From NCBI GenBank assembly GCA_002633005.1, contig NMRA01000211.1, positions 443,325 to 507,324 on the forward strand: DNA of 64,000 nt, written 5' to 3'. Below the pieces are notes generated by a model that saw nothing but the letters and a program-made list of their open reading frames with translations, did not search any database and was not told where the DNA came from. Origin of the DNA: Phoronis australis (lineage: Eukaryota; Animalia; Phoronida). A program made the translations under genes and the position numbers. The stretch's first letter is position 1; each line of letters opens with the position of its first letter. This document shows, one piece after another, positions 1 through 16,036 of the stretch.

Positions 1-114
1 TCCAATTCTGTGTTCGCGAAACAGTCTTTTCTGAATTTTGTTTTCAGTCTCAACTTACCCAAATTTTGGTATTAATTTAGACAAATTTTTGGTCTTAGTT
101 AGTATTCATGAATC

Positions 115-273
115 GGGGCCCCAGAGCTATGGTGTGATATTGGGGCCCCAGAGCTATGGTGTGATATTGGGGCCCCAGAGCTATGGTGTGATATTGGGGC
201 CCCAGAGCTATGGTGGGATATTGGGTCCCCAGAGCTATGGTGTGATATTGGGGCCCCAGAGCTATGGTGTGAT
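115..273. repeat. 27-bp minisatellite, about 5.9 copies (GGGGCCCCAGAGCTATGGTGTGATATT)
   Basis: Near-perfect tandem copies are directly visible. They explain the repetitive ORFs at 38-304, 95-310 and 99-314. Confidence 0.97.
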
Positions 274-1921
274 CCGTAGAGAAAATCTCTTGCAAGATAA
301 GTAAGATCACACAACGTAATGCAAAATCAGATGACTGTTTGTCATGGTTGGCAAGGCAGGAATATTCATTGCAGGAGAAAATTCAGTTTTCATGTTTATT
401 CTTTTGGGAGTAGCCTGTCTTTGTTGTACAAAACTTTCAGAATTCATTTTTGAAGCAGCTAAAGCTGACAAAGAAATAGTTGCGACCTGTACCAGCTTTA
501 AATCAAGGTCCTCTAGTGCAGTGTCCAAAAACACATGGCTCATAAACAATAAGCATGAATCTGCCATCATGTTAAGTGGTAAGGCCTGAGAAGAATAGTT
601 AAAGAATAACCTGTCTGGGGACGATGACATATATTTCACTAGCCTTGGTGCAAAGCCGTATACTATACGACAGTCTTCATGCAGCTAGTTGGCTGGCTAA
701 TGTTTCACAGTCATGCACTTTGAGTTTCAAGATTTTGCCTTGGCATGGATAAATGTGAGTATAAAGTAAATGTTGTGTTTATTGCATGGGATAGCTGCAG
801 TGCTTTTTTTTAATTCTCTTTTCAGAGAAGTCAAGTGACTGGTTGTGAGTACATGAACTTGAGGTATGACCATCAGATGTCTCCAAGTAGGCTGAGCAAA
901 CAAAACCAACAAAAGTGAGTCCACTGGCCTAGAAAGACTCACATCTCTCAACTTGTTAATCAGAAGTAGTCCTTTTATCTATTGTCCAGTCAGCAATTCT
1001 CCCCATATTTGGCACAAAATAATTGGTAAAATTGTCTTTATCCATATTTCAAAGGCAAATTACTTCACTTCATATAATGGAAAATTTATCAAAAGTTATT
1101 TTCCGACCTCAACGCAGTACACAAACCGTGCTTAATCTTTATTTTTGTGGAAAAATTTAACAAAACAGTATTTCATTTGTCATCCATATTGTGTACCAAG
1201 TAAGTGCAGAATTATGATAATTCAAATTATGGAGTCTGATTGGGAATCAAGTTGAACGTAGATTTGTTCATTTGCATTTGCTTTCGCTATGTCTTGTGAA
1301 GCATGCGTAGGTAGCCTGTTGCTGGAAAAAAGTTTTTGTTTCAATTATATTAATGAAGCCACGTCTTGTTAAATCTATATTATGCCTTTACACTCCTTTG
1401 CTGTGGGGTAAGTTTCCTGATTTCGGTGGTCCGAAGCTCGGGATACTGACGTGTCGTTATCAGTTTGACAGAGACAGCAAGGGGAGAAAGTTGGCAAACC
1501 AATGTTTACTTAGTCCAGCTCTCTCATTGTATGCATTTAAGCATAAAAGTGAGCAACCTTCATCTGGTCATCATGGAGAAAATCTGGTCAAAAGCTGTTT
1601 TAAGACTTGTAGTGTTGATCAGTGAGTGAACTATGTGAGAGGTTTAATTGCAGTGGAATCTTAGCACGTGTCCCATCTGCCCCGACAAGTCTTGTGAATT
1701 GGTATGCTTTGTTCACTTTATTGTGTAGTAAATGAAAATGGCGTTCTGTTCTGGAAAATGTCCTGCTCTTCACAGACCATAGATATGACATCACCTGTGT
1801 ATTTTACAAAACAAGAAAACTATTTGTCAAAACAAGATTTCTCAGACTTAAATTTTCATTATATCCCCGACTTTATTATAATTTAATGAGTTTTAATTTG
1901 GTGTCCGTTATATATATTATC

Positions 1922-1958
1922 TCAGGAAGAGATAACCACCCTGGTTATCTCTTCCTGA
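1922..1958. repeat. Perfect 17-bp inverted repeat with a 3-nt loop
   Basis: TCAGGAAGAGATAACCA-ccc-TGGTTATCTCTTCCTGA. Confidence 0.85.
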
Positions 1959-4900
1959 TAATGTGTATTTTCTTAATTTCATTGTTTTTAGGCTTATTTT
2001 GTCTGTAGTTTCTTTCTTCGTTTGCTAGTGTTCAGTGCATGCTTTAAAGCATTAAATAGGTCAGGAGTAATTATAATTCTCATTGCTAGTTACAGGTGAC
2101 TATTGGGGCAGTTGTTAAATTAATTCTTACCATTGACCTCTGAAAGGTATTTTGGGTAATATATTTTCAGATAATTAGATCTGTAGTTATTAATTTTGGT
2201 TAGTCTTGCAGTTTTTTTGGGACTGACCACGGTAGCAAAGAAACAAAAAAACTCAACAGATATTCCACAGCTAATATGAACATGAATAGAGAATAGTTTA
2301 CGTGACACACGATTGCACTCTCGTGTCACGCCAGCTATTAAGGCGTCCTCAGGTTTGCGCAGTACATTTCTACACAAAACCAGATAAGTGCTGGTGAGTT
2401 CTTTTATTTGTCTATTTTCTGGCGCATACGTGTATTAGCCGTTATTAGTTATCATTCGTTGTTTACAGAGAGTTCAATTCACAGTATTTATATATTCATT
2501 TTGTATGTTTCAGACAGACATTCGTCTTGCTTAATAAAGCATCGTTAGAAAAACCCGAGGGTTATTGTCTAATGAAAACCCCAAGTGATTGCTTTACAGG
2601 AAACACTAACTGAATTACACCATTGTTTCTACCAGATTACTTACTCATAGTAAAAGAAATGTATTGAGAAAACATTAATTAATTAGAACATCCATTAAAT
2701 GCGGAGAAGACTGTCTTTATTGTAGACTTGTTTGTGAGAAAATAACTACAAGTGTAGTACATACATTGTTTTTAGAGCGGAAAAAATGCAAGAATGTCGA
2801 TTCACAAGACAGCATTTTAGTCCCCAACAACGAACTTTCAATTTAGACCATATATTGCTACAAAATCTCATTTTGTACTGTATTGGCGTGCCATTAGCAA
2901 CATGGGCGACTGGGCAAAACTCCTTATGTGTGAAACTTAGGGGGCCAATACGCGAATCACTTGAGGAAAGAGGCAGCAAAAAAGGCATTAATTTGGCTAC
3001 AGGCCATGGGCCAGTGTAAATACAAAATTATTAATACAGAGGCAAACGTAAAAAATAGCCACTTGGAGTCACAGCAGTAGTCAAAATGCAGGGGACTTTA
3101 CCTGGGCATGTAACTATGCAAATGTTCAATTGCGAATCACTTGGGTAAAAAAGGCTGCGAAAATAGTATTATTTAGGATAGAGCCTTATGAGCCTAAAGG
3201 CGAGGCAATACAGTAACACCCTCAGATTGGGCACGATTTATCGGCTTAAGAAGAACCGATAGGTCACTGCTTCAGATTAGGACCAGTAAGCTGCATGTGA
3301 CAGTGGATTACTTTTCCAAGGCAGTGTAGTAACCAAATTTCAATTAAAAAATAAACGGCAATGTCATTGGTTTACAAGAGGAAAAATTCCTAGAAAAAAA
3401 CTGTTTGTAACAACAGCAGCTTTTACAGTCAAGACACAGACCTATGATCATCATTACTTACACAAACAATGCAGCAAAATCGATCTAAAGTTTCAAGTAT
3501 TTATTAAATACATACATGTACATTAGCATAATCCAATATGATCTTTTCACCTGACTACAAACTTACTTAAAATACGATACAAATATAACTATCGTGACTG
3601 GAAGATATATCAAATAAGTGAATAGATTCCTCTAACTGTTGGCGATAAATAAATACATGCACTTACACAAGACAGAGCTGGTTATCAACGAAAAGGTTGT
3701 TCAAAGAGTCAAGATACACCAAGAAACAAAACGCACAGTAGAGAGATCATGAACACCACTTCTCAATCCAAAACCACCCTGCCATACAGCTACTAAATTG
3801 TAACTCAACCAGTGTGTTTATTAATCACTACCAATTTCTATTATCGGCATTTATTACTACTCTGTAACACACCAAGGAGAGAAGGCAATCTCTTGGATTT
3901 ACGATTGTGAGGATTAAGGATGGTTCCAATGTGGTTATTTCCAAAACCATGGTATCATGAAACCTCGCCAATTTCACATCTTTTTCCATGCCTAAAGGTT
4001 CCCTAAATTACTGTTAGAGCTCACTATTTCTCAAAATATTGTCTGGTGGTATTTATGACAATATAAATTTCACTCAGTGACCATACTATGTCCTAAACTG
4101 GCAAGATTTTATCATAAATGGTATTCACAGGCTCTTAAAAAGCAAGCTGTTATGCGGCGACATCCTCAATACCTGACGTACAAAATACCATCTTCGTCTA
4201 CAAATCGTATGCTGCTGTCCATGCATGGTTTGATGAGCCAGTTAAGAGTTCAGCAGAGGCTACATTTTAGCAGCATTCGACAAAACCAAGCCAAAAAGGC
4301 GCACACTGACCTTATGGCTGCATCAGCTTGAACGCAATTTTAGTAAGTTGCAAGCATTAAAACTAAAGAAACCACATTCAATTTCTTAGCATATTTTTCA
4401 CTGATGCACGTACCGCCACATTCGCCTCATTTTTCAAATATACACCGAGCATCATTCTATGCTAGTTTAATGACTTTTGGACCCCGTGAAATGGCAATGG
4501 AGACAGGAATTTTTGGAGTGTCCACCGGACCCCGGTGTTTAGACGTGTAGCCGTAGGGAACAAACATTGAACTATTAAAGCACGTGTGTGTGGGCATTGA
4601 ATTAACTGGGGTGAACTGTGCCATAGCGTTTATTGGGCAAACTGCATTCATAATTAAATGTCAGCATATGTGACTAGCAATAGAAGTTGAATACCTTTGA
4701 TTACAGTTCTGGCAGATTATTAAAGCAGCATGTGGGCTTGAGGCTTTTCCACACAAGGTGGCCAAACCATCCATTTTGTCAAGAGCAAAGCATTCCCTGC
4801 TCAAAATCAAACAAGATTTATATAGCCAGAAATTCACTGCACAATGAGTACATAGTTTTACTTGGTAATAGACTTGTATCTTTCATTTTTTCTCATGTTT

Positions 4901-5152
4901 CACACTCAAGCGCACCGAGAGTCTCTGAGTCAGGATTTACCAGTAACGAAAACCTAGTTTACTCAAAGTGGTAATCTCGACATACCCAACGACACGTGAC
5001 AAATCCTGAACAACAGACAACAGACTGCTCGGAGCACTCAGCGAAAATACGTTAACTAAAATAATCTTGAATTCACGTCATCCCCCTGATGCATCATTGC
5101 TGAGGTCTTGCATGTCACATGTCATAAGTCACTGCCTAAACTGCATGTTTGC

Positions 5153-9237
<4,085 letters not shown>

Positions 9238-12200
9238 TTAGGTTCATTAATAGAAAGACAAACTGAAGCAACTTAACAACAGTAAAGATACGTCAAAATA
9301 ATGGAGTCTCACAACCAGTCATAGCTAAAACCTAACCAAACAAATTCGCAATTATAATTACACATAACAAGACCAATGAAAGGCATTGAAATGCGCACAC
9401 AGGTGTTTTTAGTAGTATCATAAAATTGGCCATTAGATGGTGAAGAACATGTTTAATTCATCCCAAGTTAAAAGGGCTTCCTCGTCTCTGTAATACAAAG
9501 ACAAATGTAAAAAACAAATTGTCAGGAGGCATAGCATTAGTCGAATTCGTCCATCCATCATGAAGTTAATAGGAAGACACTTGCCAAAGTGTGATCTTGC
9601 TAAGGGTCAAGTAGATACAGCTGCACTATGGGTCACCACAATATCGCTACTCATCTGAAAATTCAGTCGTTCTCATGTCAGTAAAAACAAATCTGCCAAA
9701 TTCATCCTCCCAGCACTTTGGCAGATATATAAGTCGACAACAAAGAAATAATTAAAACTAGCCATTACCCGTGCCTTCGCATGGGTAGCAGTTACGATGG
9801 GAAACTCCGAGGGAAATAGATACTCCTAAGAGTGAACATTAGTGTTCATCGCAAGAGACAGGAATACGTCTTGAAAAGGCCGTGTCCAAAGCTTCAAGCA
9901 CAACAGTCACAGTCAGATTTTAGTAGGCAAGGTGTGCGGCTCCGGGATTCTTTCCCCAGGTAGTACAAATTTCTTTTCAGAACATTTGACTCTGCCACAG
10001 CACAAAGTACAGTAATCGGATATTCTTTTAAGTGAAAACTAAGAATGCATTTAAAATACTGTATAGTACACAAAGTATATATAGATGTATTTACAAAAGT
10101 TGCATCATAAATGTACATACTGAGGTAGAAAGCCAGCTATCTGTATGAAGATTATCGTCAACATACAGCTAGGTAGCTGTGTGTAAAGCTCCGTTAGACA
10201 CCAAAAATTCACACAACCCCAGTGCTCAGCTTGTCACCTCATAAAACTTAGAGCTAACATCCTACAGGGGTGCATGCAGAATCTGGGAATGAACCTACAT
10301 TCATCTTGCCCGTTACAGCCGTTAATAAAAGTAAAAAGACAATCTAATAAACGTTATTTTTCGTAATTGTCTGCCTTTTGTAACAATTGAAAATCTGTAG
10401 TCGTTTTGAAAACACTGCATACTTGTGACGCGCACGTACACGCCATTTGCGAAAATTTTGCAATATCTCTCAGAGTTTTTTTTCTGAAATAGGGTTTTAT
10501 GATAATAATATAGTAAAAGCTTTTGATGAAATGAAACGACTTACGATTGTTATGACATGCACGCAACCTCACATTTGATTGAATAACAAATTGGCCAACA
10601 GTAGACGCAACATATTGGTGTCGAAAGAGCGCATCGCAATTTTAGCAGCAAAATAACTGAAGAACGCCAATTTTCCAACACCAAGGTAAATAATTTAGTT
10701 TACTCAAGGAAGAGTAAGAATTTTATAGTGACGCATCACTAATTTTGGCGGCGACATGCCCGATGAAATATATACGAGACAGAAGCCGGAGGGATTGAAA
10801 TTAAGAAGACGAACAGACGTCACCAAGGCCAGTACAAAACCGGCCACCCTCCCAGTGTCAGCAAAAAAAACGACCCGCGAGAAACAAATAGAACACCTCG
10901 AATCCAAATAGGGGGCCGGTGCAATACCTGGGACCAAGGCGATGCCGAAACGGGTGCAACAAAGGTCTGTAATGGAGCGGGGAAGACAGAGTTTGGGCAA
11001 ACGATGCATTTTATACAATAGATGGCCCATGGGTGGTGCAGAATACGTCATACGTCGAATTAGTCTCAAGATAGGAAGGTGCTGTTGTTTTCATAATAGA
11101 AACTTGTTTGCCATACTTCATGCATGAAAAAACACCAAGCAACTCTGAAGAAACAGAAGCTAACAAAAAAGCTAAAACTGCTACTATGGGAGCACAATAG
11201 TAGGCAGTCATCCAAAACATTTTGGGCAGCACAGTTGTAGTCAGAGAGAACTCAAGTCATGGGCAGCCATTGATACGCTGAAAGGAAACAACCAGCAAGT
11301 TTTCAAACATCCTGAAAAGGAATCAGGAGCCAAAGCCACAGTCGCAACAATTACGAATCACCATTAGGGGACAGGGCTTGGAATGACCAATGACAAAAAA
11401 GAGAACAGGAAAGAGAAGGAATTGAAACCAAGAGGAAATCCTCTTAAAAGAGGAATATTCCAAGCCCTGGACGCCACAGCAGTCAAGATGAAAAAACAGC
11501 ATCAGCCATGGCCTTCTCATAGGGAACACAACTTCTATGTTTCATTAAGGATCCTTTGAGCAATGTGCATTTTATGTATTTCGCTAAAACTGTTACCATA
11601 CAAAACCCAAAAATAAAAATGGTTCATGGGGAAAGGATATGAACACGCAGATGACAGGTATATCCATGATAATGCCAACCCATTCACGGATTACCCCAGC
11701 CCACTAACCACCAAACTTCATCAGTAAGATGTTTGATCGCTTCAAAGACACTGCAGATACAGTAGCAGTGGGGCTTAGTACTTAGCCAAACGCGACTTCG
11801 CAAAAATCCCAAGTCGCCAAATCTGACATCGGAGTAGTCAACAAAAAATTCTAAAAACTTTCATGACGTATTGTTCTACAAAAATTGCGTATACCTCTTC
11901 CATTTCTCCCAGCAAAAGATTTGCTCTATCTAGCTGAATTACTCCTGCCAACAGAAAACGCAGACATCAGATATACTGGGGGCACGTGTTTCATGGTCGG
12001 ACTTTTGCCGAACAAGTCTGACTTACATCTGTTTACTTCCTCTTGTAATTTGAGCATTTAATGTGTGCTGACTGCTGATTTCACAGTTAACATGTGCCGA
12101 TCGTCTGCTTCAGCCACGAATGGAATATTGGGCCCAAAGGGCATATTGGTCATTGCAGAGCATGCGGGATATGCATCTGTCTTGAAATAACGCTTTGAAA

Positions 12201-12289
12201 TGAAATGTATCCATCATGTGAGATGCAAACCAGGACCAACTGTTGACTTGTTAAGCATGTTCAAGATCAACTTCAAACATGGCTGGCAT

Positions 12290-12668
12290 TAGGCAATGAC
12301 CACCCAGCAGTCCTTCGTTCAGTTGCCCAAATCGGCAACTGGCCATTTTCAATACTGCGCGCACTCCTGGCAGACGTAGGAAAAACAGGAGCGCGTGCAG
12401 TGTAAAAATAGCCAGTTTCAGATTTGGACAAGGACTGCTCAAGAAAAAGTTTGACCATGGGAGTATTTGTTTGAGTTAGAAGGAATTAAAGACATCGACC
12501 GCCTCCTCAGGTGTATCTCTATGCGCAAAAGGTCTTACAACTCTTGATGCAACTCGATGGTTTAATCAGTGTGAGGCACAATTCGCTGAAAAGTTTCAGG
12601 CGTAGGAAGCTCCATTAGGTGTTTCGCCATCTCCACTGGGACCAACTAGAGACGGTGGTCACTGTCTA
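12290..12668. mobile_element. Foldback MITE family, copy 1
   Basis: Ends TAGGCAATGACC ... GGTCACTGTCTA. Internal sequence is shared with 16317-16634 and 17864-18362. Confidence 0.7.
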
Positions 12669-14289
12669 AGCTCTGGCGTGACATACTTAAGGCGACACAG
12701 AAAATGTTACGACTTCTGGGCACCTTGTCAATTTAATTTCAGTCATCAGAGAATTTGTCTGAATCAAAAATGAGCTTGTACAATTATTTCAATCAACAAA
12801 TTACTATTTGAAGTTTAAACACTTTTGGAAGCCCAGGTCTCACTGGCACTGGCAGAAATACTCATGAAATACTTGGATACTGAACCCATTGTTGGTTTTC
12901 AACACAGTGCGGAGCAGAAGGTGAATCGAAAAAAAAAAACAACGTAAGTTGTCACTGTCATAAAAGGAGAACGTCAAACAATAACAGAAATTTTTATTAG
13001 ACATAACAAATCGTGCAATTCTGCTAATAAGTGTACTTAAGTAGAATTTTTTGAGTTATTAGGTGTTTTGAAGTGGTCGACCAGCAGCCACTGCAGCCAA
13101 GCACGAAATCGATCTAGCTCTCTTAAATTTACAAAACTGACTAACTGAAGCCACAAAATTTGGTAAAGTCACATTCCCAGCTTGCAGGTGAGTCACTTGG
13201 AAGTGTTTGAACAAATTATTATTTATTGCAAAGAGGTTAAAGATAGTACTGTGTACATGTGTGAATTAAAAAAAGGATTGACTCAAGTCTAAGTGATATA
13301 TAAAAGTTTTAGGTTGTCCGAAGGGGTAGGAAATTCAGCTTGTACACGCCAAATTTTTGATTGACCTGGACAATCTGACAGGGTTATTGTTTACAATATG
13401 ATGACACTGACCTACACACGATTTTGGAATCGTTCAATTCCTCACGTTATCTTTCCAAAAATATATGAATATATCCTCTACTGCATTTCCTTCGTATTTA
13501 TCGTCGAATTGCAGTTCGCACTATTTCCTGGTTGACACCGCCATGTTAGCTCAACTCAGTACTACAGCGACACGTGTCATCATCGATACTGAATGGTGTT
13601 TGCCCTCACGAGGTTCCCACTAAAGTTTTCCTGACATAATATTGAGGAACAAGCAGCAGCATTTCACCTTTTCCAATTTTTTTAGAATTATGACCATTTA
13701 TGCACGAAATTGTTGGAAGTGATACCCTTTTCATCAAATTTGACCTCAACAACACCCTAGGCTTTTTCGTGGATTTTTTCCTAGCAGATGCGTAGTAGGG
13801 TCACCATAGGATCGAATACGAACCCTTGGGACCGCAACTCAAGCAGGGAATAGACCAGTCTCGGTCAATTTGAACTTATGAAAAGCGACAATCGGCAGAA
13901 GTCGGTAGATTACCGGTTCAGTTTTTGACTGCCAGGTGATTCCTTCCATTCAACATGCAGTATTACAACCGAGTACTGGGAAATAATGCGAGCAGAAATT
14001 CACGGCAAAATACTAAGAGAACAGGTTAGGAGAAGTTTCTGTGTATTTTTGGAAAGCTAACCTTGCAACTGCTTGCAAGGAATCGAATGATGCCAAAATC
14101 ACATGTAATGTGTAAGTCATATTGTAAACAATTACCTCTGAGAGTCGTTAATTTTGAGTTCTGTAAGGTGATTAATTCATCAGCGCACCTCCACATTCTA
14201 ATTCCATACCCTCAATTCAGCAGATCTGAGAATCGACATTTATCACTTCCGCATATATCTCCGAGGAGAAATAAATGATACGTCGAGGT

Positions 14290-15981
14290 TAGTTACCACG
14301 TTCAGATATTCTGAATAATTATTTGACGAATACACCGCACTGTGTAATGACCGTTTCTTTAGGAGACACAGACAAACACGGGAAATGTTTGAGAAATTGC
14401 TCGATTTCAAAACCCTTCGACCAGGCAAATGAATCAAAGGCGGCCATCTTGAAATTCTCAGGTTTGAGAGAAAAGTCAACAATTTTTTCATTGTTTCAAG
14501 CAACTCTCGAACACCTTTTACTCTGAAAGCACTCTTCTACATACAGAACATTCAATTACACAGCCAGAACTAATTTTTGAGTCAAAAATAAAGTAAACCG
14601 ACTCCAAAACCTTACCGTTACGATTTCTCAATGGGCGTTAGCAATCATTCGGGGTCGCCTTTTCAATTCCATGAAGGGCAAAATAAGAATATGCGCTTGC
14701 GCTGTGCGCATTTATTTATAGCGTCTGCTTTATTCTATTTTTAGATACTCAACGAGCTATAATAGGTCTACACATCTCATTCTTGAAGTCACTAGAATCA
14801 AAAGTAACACTGGAAGATTTAATAGGATGTGGGGAGGAGCAACTGTAATTTTCGTCGGACTATCTTTGCTTAATCCCTAAAGCAATTGCCAAAGTCTTTC
14901 TTTTCTCAGGGTCTCCCAAATCCGCCTAAGCCAGCATCACTCGTGGAAGCCTCCCTTAGGCATTTTTAGTGGCCAACGAATGTGACTGTGAGTCCACTGA
15001 CCGAGTTTTATAGGCCTATGAGATTCATGCCTCCACCGTAGGCCTAGGTGTACAAGGGCTTGTTAAAATTATGTTTTTTTTATTAAAAATGGACATGCTG
15101 TTTAAAATGAAAACAAAGTCATAAATTAAAAAACTGCACTGAACAAGGTTTTCGACATGTCATCTTGAAAATAAACATTATTATACGAAATTTGATCATA
15201 TTATTGATACGTGTCTACCGTTGTTTCGTTGGTAGGCCAATTACTATACTTTTCTTTCTTCTAGTAATACTAGAATATTTATGACCTAACTTCACGCGAC
15301 GGGCAAATTCGTATGTCAAATTCTACAGGCTTCAGTTGGCTGCTTCATAGTAGATTTCAGAAAACAAATATGCTTTCCTAGAGTTAAATTGTTGAGTTGT
15401 GTAGATACTTGGCTGCCGCATGCACATAGGCTTGTCGAATCGATTATATAGGATCGAATGTACAAATGCAAGTAACGAGGAAAGTCGTGCAGGAACTGCC
15501 TTCTCAGGACACCGGCACTGAAGCCAGCAGGAGTCTGCGGTTTTTCTGAGCATTGCCAATATCCACAAAACAATAAATTTTTAATCAATCAATCAATTGT
15601 ATTTGTGAAAGAAGAAAACCTGTGTCCATGGTTTTGCTTAAATTTGTCAAAAAAGACTGACAGGCCTACATTAATAGCAAAACAGTATCAAAGTTGAATT
15701 TTATTTGAGTGGATAATTAACTCTGTTTAGTTTATGGCCTTTCAAGCAAAAGGGGAAATTCTACTAGCAATTCTCAACAGCGTTTTGGAGAATAGAACAC
15801 AGAAGTAAGGTATCAGAAAGTTTACTTGTGGTGACACATGTTCTGCTGAAAAAATCGAAGTTTTATGCCTGTCCAGCGGTCTCATACAGGCGGCAGCGAC
15901 AAGCTGCAACTGAAGCGACGTCTTGCGATATAATGCGTAGCCTGACGCCTAACGAGAAATTTACCGGAAATAAACAAAAAC
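14290..15981. promoter_or_regulatory. Probable shared (divergent) promoter region for Cdc42 and ELP5, including a candidate Cdc42 non-coding first exon
   Basis: The Cdc42 ATG exon has acceptor-like AGs just upstream (9209-9217), which implies an upstream UTR exon. Minus-strand donor candidates lie at 14615 (gtaagg) and 14295 (gtaact). Motifs: YY1-like AAGATGGCCGCC (14439-14450, minus), NRF1-like TGCGCTTGCGC (14692-14702), TCTTGCGATA (15921-15930) and ETS-like ACCGGAAAT (15963-15971). Transcription start sites are inferred only. Confidence 0.45.
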
Positions 15982-16036
15982 ATGTTGAGCGATTTGCTGA
16001 GTGGCAATGACTCCTCTAAATTGGTCGTCATTGAAG
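15982..16036 (+). CDS. ELP5: ELP5 exon 1
   Basis: aaacATG start, MLSDLLSGNDSSKLVVIE, donor G|gtaaac, phase 1. Confidence 0.85.

Noticed and set aside
38-314. Repetitive ORFs (GPQSYGVIL)n and their antisense counterparts
   Set aside because: By-product of a stop-free 27-bp tandem repeat, with no gene context.
307-951. Minus-strand ORFs of 110 and 74 aa, possibly a LINE reverse-transcriptase C-terminal remnant (LLQK*ILKVLYNKDRL)
   Set aside because: Only a faint resemblance with many stops, so I cannot assign it without a search.
10704-12280. Cluster of 60-120 aa ORFs upstream of the Cdc42 ATG exon
   Set aside because: No recognisable domain or consistent splice structure. Probably decayed transposon sequence.
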